From: Acidimicrobiales bacterium
GTDB taxonomy: Bacteria; Actinomycetota; Acidimicrobiia; Acidimicrobiales; JBBRKR01
Length of the DNA: 64,000 bases
Reading direction: 5' to 3'
NCBI GenBank assembly: GCA_038231795.1
Contig: JBBRKR010000007.1
Coordinates: 104,544-168,543, forward strand
Below, piece after piece: positions 60,038 through 64,000 of this stretch (the first letter of the stretch is position 1; every line of letters begins with the position of its first letter). The position numbers were made by a program, and so were the translations under genes. The notes below the pieces were generated by a model, which saw nothing but the letters and a program-made list of their open reading frames with translations, had not been told where the DNA came from and did no database searches.

Positions 60038-61327
60038 ATGATTCAATCCCGCCGGTTAACGGCCCGCCTTGTGGTGGCGGCCATTGCGATCACCAGCGTT
60101 TTCGCAGGGGTCCCCACCATCAAGGCCGACGGCGTGAGCGACCAGAAGCAGGTCGTCGAGCGGCTGGCAGCGGAGCTGGACTCGCTCAACGAGCGAATCG
60201 CCACACTGGATGAGGAATACGGCGCCGCTCAGGACAAGCAGGTAGAAGTCAACGGCCAGATCGTCGAGAGCCAGGCCAAGGTCGCCAGCGAGAACGCAAA
60301 GCTCGTGGTGTTACAGGACACGATGACCCAGATCGCGGTGAGTCGCTTCGTTGGTGGCGATTCGCTGAGCCTCAGTCCACTGTTCTCATCCGCGGCAAGC
60401 TACAACGAAGCCCAACAGCTCGACGCTCTCGCATCCATTGCGCTCGACACAGGCGCAGGCACCGCTGACGAACTCGATTCGGTGGTGCGCACCCTCGATG
60501 CCGACGTTGCCACGCTGCAACAGCAGGAAAAGGCTGCTGCCGACCTGATCACGTACCTCGACGCCAAGCTCGCCGAGGGCCAAAAGCTGATCACCGAGTA
60601 CACCACGAAGTCTGCTGACGCAAAGGCCAAGTACGGCGAGCTCGTTCAGCAAGAGGCCGACCGACAAATGACACTTCGGGCCGAAAAGGCCGCAAAGGCT
60701 GTCGCAGCCGAGCAGGCACGCGCTGCCGATGCAGTATCGGCTGCTGCAGCGTCATCCCGTGCTGCGGCCTCCCCTGCAGCGTCTTCGGCCCCCGCAGCCC
60801 CTTCAGTCCCGTCGTCCCCTGCCGCAACGCCACCCCCGAGCACCCCGGTCGCAGCGCCCCGTGGCGGCGGCAATTCGGGTGTTGCCACCAGCGGCGGGGA
60901 CGTGACCTCCGTACCTGAGCCCACCACTCCAGTTGCCGCACCCACCCCGGCAATCCCACAGCCACCGCCCGCGTCCGGCCGTGCGGGCGCCGCTGTCGCA
61001 GCCGCGTACAGCCAAATAGGCGTCCCGTACGTGGCGTTCAAGTCGACGCCGAAAGACGGCTTCGACTGCTCCGGGCTCACAATGTGGGCCTGGGCACAGG
61101 CAGGCGTGTCACTTCCACATCAGTCCGGCCAGCAGTACGCGTCCACCCCGAAAGTCCCCAAGGGCGATGCCCAGCCCGGCGACTTGCTCGTCTTCTACTC
61201 ACCCATCAGCCACATCGGCATGTACGTCGGCGACGGAATGATGATCGACTCCCCGCACACCGGCGCCTTCGTCAGACTCAAGGCAGTCAACTGGAACGCA
61301 GTCGTAGGCGTCAGCCGCCCCGGCTGA
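60038..61327 (+). CDS. NlpC/P60 peptidoglycan endopeptidase with coiled coil (RipA/CwlO-like)
   Basis: Signal peptide, coiled coil, Pro/Ala linker, GFDCSGL, SHIGMY. Confidence 0.92.
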   Translation: MIQSRRLTARLVVAAIAITSVFAGVPTIKADGVSDQKQVVERLAAELDSLNERIATLDEEYGAAQDKQVEVNGQIVESQAKVASENAKLVVLQDTMTQIAVSRFVGGDSLSLSPLFSSAASYNEAQQLDALASIALDTGAGTADELDSVVRTLDADVATLQQQEKAAADLITYLDAKLAEGQKLITEYTTKSADAKAKYGELVQQEADRQMTLRAEKAAKAVAAEQARAADAVSAAAASSRAAASPAASSAPAAPSVPSSPAATPPPSTPVAAPRGGGNSGVATSGGDVTSVPEPTTPVAAPTPAIPQPPPASGRAGAAVAAAYSQIGVPYVAFKSTPKDGFDCSGLTMWAWAQAGVSLPHQSGQQYASTPKVPKGDAQPGDLLVFYSPISHIGMYVGDGMMIDSPHTGAFVRLKAVNWNAVVGVSRPG

Positions 61328-61348
61328 CCTGTGCAGGCTTGCTGCTCG

Positions 61349-61462
61349 GCAGTTCTGTCGGACAGGCAGATACGGGTTCACCGCGACGCCGCCTCCAAGC
61401 CGAATTTCGAAGTGCAAGTAATTGGCAGTTGTCTGGCCAGTCGAACCGACATAGCCAATCAC
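61349..61462 (-). pseudogene. M23 peptidase C-terminal remnant
   Basis: VIGYVGSTGQTTANYLHFEIRLGGGVAVNPY; the HxH first His reads Tyr; upstream M23 motifs absent. Confidence 0.7.
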
Positions 61463-61785
61463 AAGGGTCGAACTGATCAGCACGCAGCACGAACCCTGAC
61501 GGTCAAGACATCGCCGTCCCCCAGGAAGGCGATCCGCGCGAGGTAGGGATTGCATGTGCAGCCGCATCGTGGGGGCGGCGTCCATGTGCCGCCCGAGCTC
61601 ACCCAACTGAATCCGCTGATGGTGGTCGATGGGCAAAGCGGAGGGCGCGGCCGGTGCCCGCAAGTACCAAAGTGCACTGCCGAGAAGGTGCTGCCCGACC
61701 AGTTTGGATTGCTGACCAACGGGGTAGGTACAGGCGTCGATCCGGCCGTGAATGCGGAGAACTTGGTCGGCCGAAAGGACCCGTT

Positions 61786-62436
61786 ATGAGCGTCGCAGAT
61801 GTGCCAGGTGCATCAAAGGTGTCCCCACCGGACCGTGCTGCTGGGATCGACGAGTCGATGTCGGCAGGCACAGCGTTGTCAAGCCACGGCCAGCGTGCTG
61901 AGGACGGTTCACGGGACCCCTCCAATCCCGTCCACACGCCTATGGTGGACACTTCGGAGGCCCAGCCCGACGCGTCGGGACCAACAGTGCTCGTCGCGGT
62001 CGAGGACACTGACGAGTCCGTGAACGCAGTCCGCACGGCACATCGGCTCTTCGGCGATGCAGCGCACTACTTCGTGATCAATGTCGGCACGGCTCGCTAC
62101 CCAACAATGGAGCGAGCATACGCCTACCAGATCGATGCGCCGATGAGCTGGTACCCGCCCACATCGGTCGTCTCTCCGGGAGCGAATTCGACTACACGCG
62201 AGGTCGCTGAGGAAACTGCCGACGAGGTCGCCGCCCGAGCAGGGTTGGACGACGTGACCTCAGTCGGAGATCTCGGTGACCCGGCGGCTGCGATCATCCA
62301 CGCTGCCGATGTCAATCAAGTCGATGTAGTCGTGGTCGCTTCGCACGACCGGGGCTGGTTCGCCCGTCTGTTCACTGGCTCAGTCGAGGATGATCTGCTG
62401 CGCTCTGCTCAGTTCTCGGTGCTGGTGGTCAGGTAG
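61786..62436 (+). CDS. Universal stress protein
   Basis: VLVAVED..ES, GDPAAAI, VVVASHDRGWFARLFTGSV; AAAGGA RBS before ATG 61786. Confidence 0.85.
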   Translation: MSVADVPGASKVSPPDRAAGIDESMSAGTALSSHGQRAEDGSRDPSNPVHTPMVDTSEAQPDASGPTVLVAVEDTDESVNAVRTAHRLFGDAAHYFVINVGTARYPTMERAYAYQIDAPMSWYPPTSVVSPGANSTTREVAEETADEVAARAGLDDVTSVGDLGDPAAAIIHAADVNQVDVVVVASHDRGWFARLFTGSVEDDLLRSAQFSVLVVR

Positions 62437-62450
62437 CGGCGGCGTCTTGG

Positions 62451-63104
62451 TCATAGGACCATTTCGTCTGCGGTCGAAAGCGGGTAGGCGACGATCTCGC
62501 GCCAAACACCCCACCGGCGTACCGACGCGATACGCAGGCCAGCCGCGACGACGTTGTCCTCAGTGCGACGATTGATCTCGGCTCCCATGAAACGGCGAGT
62601 CACGGGATTGAGTCGGTCGGCGAGCCCACCGAGCAACGCAGTGCGAGGACGCACGTGCTCGAGCAACAAGACCTGACCGTCCGATCGGACCACGCGCGCC
62701 ACCTCCCGCAGCCCGGCAACCGGGCCGGCGACCGAGCAGAACACGCAGGTCCCTGTCACCGTGTCGAACGAATCGTCACCGTATGACAGATGCAGTACAT
62801 CCCCCACTTCAAGTGTGATCTCGCCGCCACGCGCTGCGGATGAGCGCTGCGCAACGGCCAGCATCTTCCTCGACACGTCGATCCCGGTGAGCCGGACACC
62901 TTGGGGATAGAAACTCAGGTTGCGTCCGGTTCCGACGCCAACTTCGAGCGTGCGGCCACGCGCCATGCTGAGGAGCCGTTGACGGCGACGACGGACACCG
63001 AACAGGTCCATTGGCTTGTCGATCAGATCGTAGAACCGAGCGATGCGGTCGTACCGGCGGGTCACTGCGTCCTGTTCGATGTCGGGCGAAGCTGACACAG
63101 TCAT
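62451..63104 (-). CDS. Class I SAM-dependent methyltransferase
   Basis: LEVGVGTGRN, FCSV, LLEHV. Confidence 0.92.
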   Translation of the reverse strand: MTVSASPDIEQDAVTRRYDRIARFYDLIDKPMDLFGVRRRRQRLLSMARGRTLEVGVGTGRNLSFYPQGVRLTGIDVSRKMLAVAQRSSAARGGEITLEVGDVLHLSYGDDSFDTVTGTCVFCSVAGPVAGLREVARVVRSDGQVLLLEHVRPRTALLGGLADRLNPVTRRFMGAEINRRTEDNVVAAGLRIASVRRWGVWREIVAYPLSTADEMVL

Positions 63105-63376
63105 TGCAACTCGTTGACCCGCTCCCGATACTCCTCGGGCGATAGTTCGCCCTTCGCCAACCGTTCATCGAGTATCTCGCGAGCCCGATCGCTGCGACCG
63201 CGACGAGCAAGCCCGGTCATACCGGAGGATCTCCTGCTCGCCGAACGGCCAAGCCATACGATCAGAACCACAAACAGGGCCATCATCACGCCACCCCACA
63301 GCCACATCCAGCCGCCACCCCCACCATTCATGTGGCCCCATCCGTTGGTGTCGGCAAGAATTTCGTTTCCAAACAC
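63101..63376 (-). CDS. SHOCT-domain membrane protein
   Basis: GAGGAGG RBS; TM helix; AREILDERLAKGELSPEEY. Confidence 0.88.
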   Translation of the reverse strand: MFGNEILADTNGWGHMNGGGGGWMWLWGGVMMALFVVLIVWLGRSASRRSSGMTGLARRGRSDRAREILDERLAKGELSPEEYRERVNELQ

Positions 63377-63450
63377 TTCATCCTCCTCGACTTCGTCGTG
63401 CTGAACCCTCGGCGTTGAACGGTCCGCATTCCATTGCGTGTATCGCAGAA

Positions 63451-64000
63451 CTACTGGGGTGCGTCGGCATCGTGTGTGCGCACGAGCTTCCAGTTGACGA
63501 ACTCCTGGATGCCCATGTTGCCGAGCTCTCGGCCGTAGCCCGAGCTCTTGATCCCGCCGAAGGGCAGGTCGGCATCAGACCAGTCGATGGAGTTGATGAA
63601 CATCATTCCCGCGTTGACGCGACTGGCGACGCGCTTGGCCCGTTCGACGTCGCGGGTGAACACCGAACCACCGAGGCCGAAGTCGGAGTCATTGGCGAGG
63701 GCGACGGCCTCGTCCTCGTTGGCGACCCGGTAGAACGACACAACCGGGCCGAAGAACTCTTCGCGATACGCCGGGTTGTCCGGGGCAATGTCGGTGAGGA
63801 TCGTCGTCTCCATGAACCAACCGGGACGATCGATTCGCTTGCCACCCATGAGCAGCGTTGCGCCGTGAGCGACTGCAGCGTCGACCTGGTCAATCAGCTT
63901 GAGGAGTGCTGTTTCGCTGGACAATGGGCCGTGAGTGGTCGTTGGATCCATCGGGTCACCGACCTTCAAGGCCGAGAGCCCCTCGGTGAACTTGGCGAGG
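63451..64000 (-). CDS. NAD(P)-dependent succinate-semialdehyde dehydrogenase, C-terminal part (5' end off window)
   Basis: EEFFGPV, ANDSDFGLGG, PFGGIKSSGYGRELG. Confidence 0.9.
   Translation of the reverse strand, partial: LAKFTEGLSALKVGDPMDPTTTHGPLSSETALLKLIDQVDAAVAHGATLLMGGKRIDRPGWFMETTILTDIAPDNPAYREEFFGPVVSFYRVANEDEAVALANDSDFGLGGSVFTRDVERAKRVASRVNAGMMFINSIDWSDADLPFGGIKSSGYGRELGNMGIQEFVNWKLVRTHDADAPQ

Larger units (their letters stand above)
51882..64000. mobile_element. Genomic island / integrative element after tRNA-Lys (right end not in window)
   Basis: Integrase and excisionase next to the tRNA, apparent GC increase, IS pile-up, truncated genes, metal-handling cargo. Confidence 0.8.

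Overview
High-GC actinobacterial chromosome segment. Gene content and style (SDGGIFSFGDA-repeat and PARLLDTR/PNASNLN-repeat surface proteins, many apparently leaderless genes) suggest Acidimicrobiia; this is inference. Bases 1-51.9 kb are mostly core or metabolic genes: a sulfatase, VOC and PhyH enzymes, three secreted repeat proteins, an ABC exporter pair, an NSAR/GNAT/MoaD/BNR cluster, a GcvT-type oxidoreductase, sbcDC, a MacAB-like operon, a polyamine-type ABC importer, cobA, a carotenoid oxygenase, an Arr-2-like rifampin ADP-ribosyltransferase with divergent TetR, and tRNA-Arg/His/Lys. An island that looks more GC-rich by eye starts directly after tRNA-Lys and runs off the right edge. It carries a tyrosine integrase with an N-terminal degenerate HNH (His-Me) domain and GATAGACT repeats, an excisionase, a tRNA-Gly 3' fragment, a nested stack of four IS elements (ISL3, IS3, two IS256 stubs), and a decaying copper-handling cluster with a shared 11-bp-period regulator box. 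Two signal-peptide frameshifts in short homopolymers suggest assembly errors or slippage. All assignments come from motif recognition; no database searches were run.
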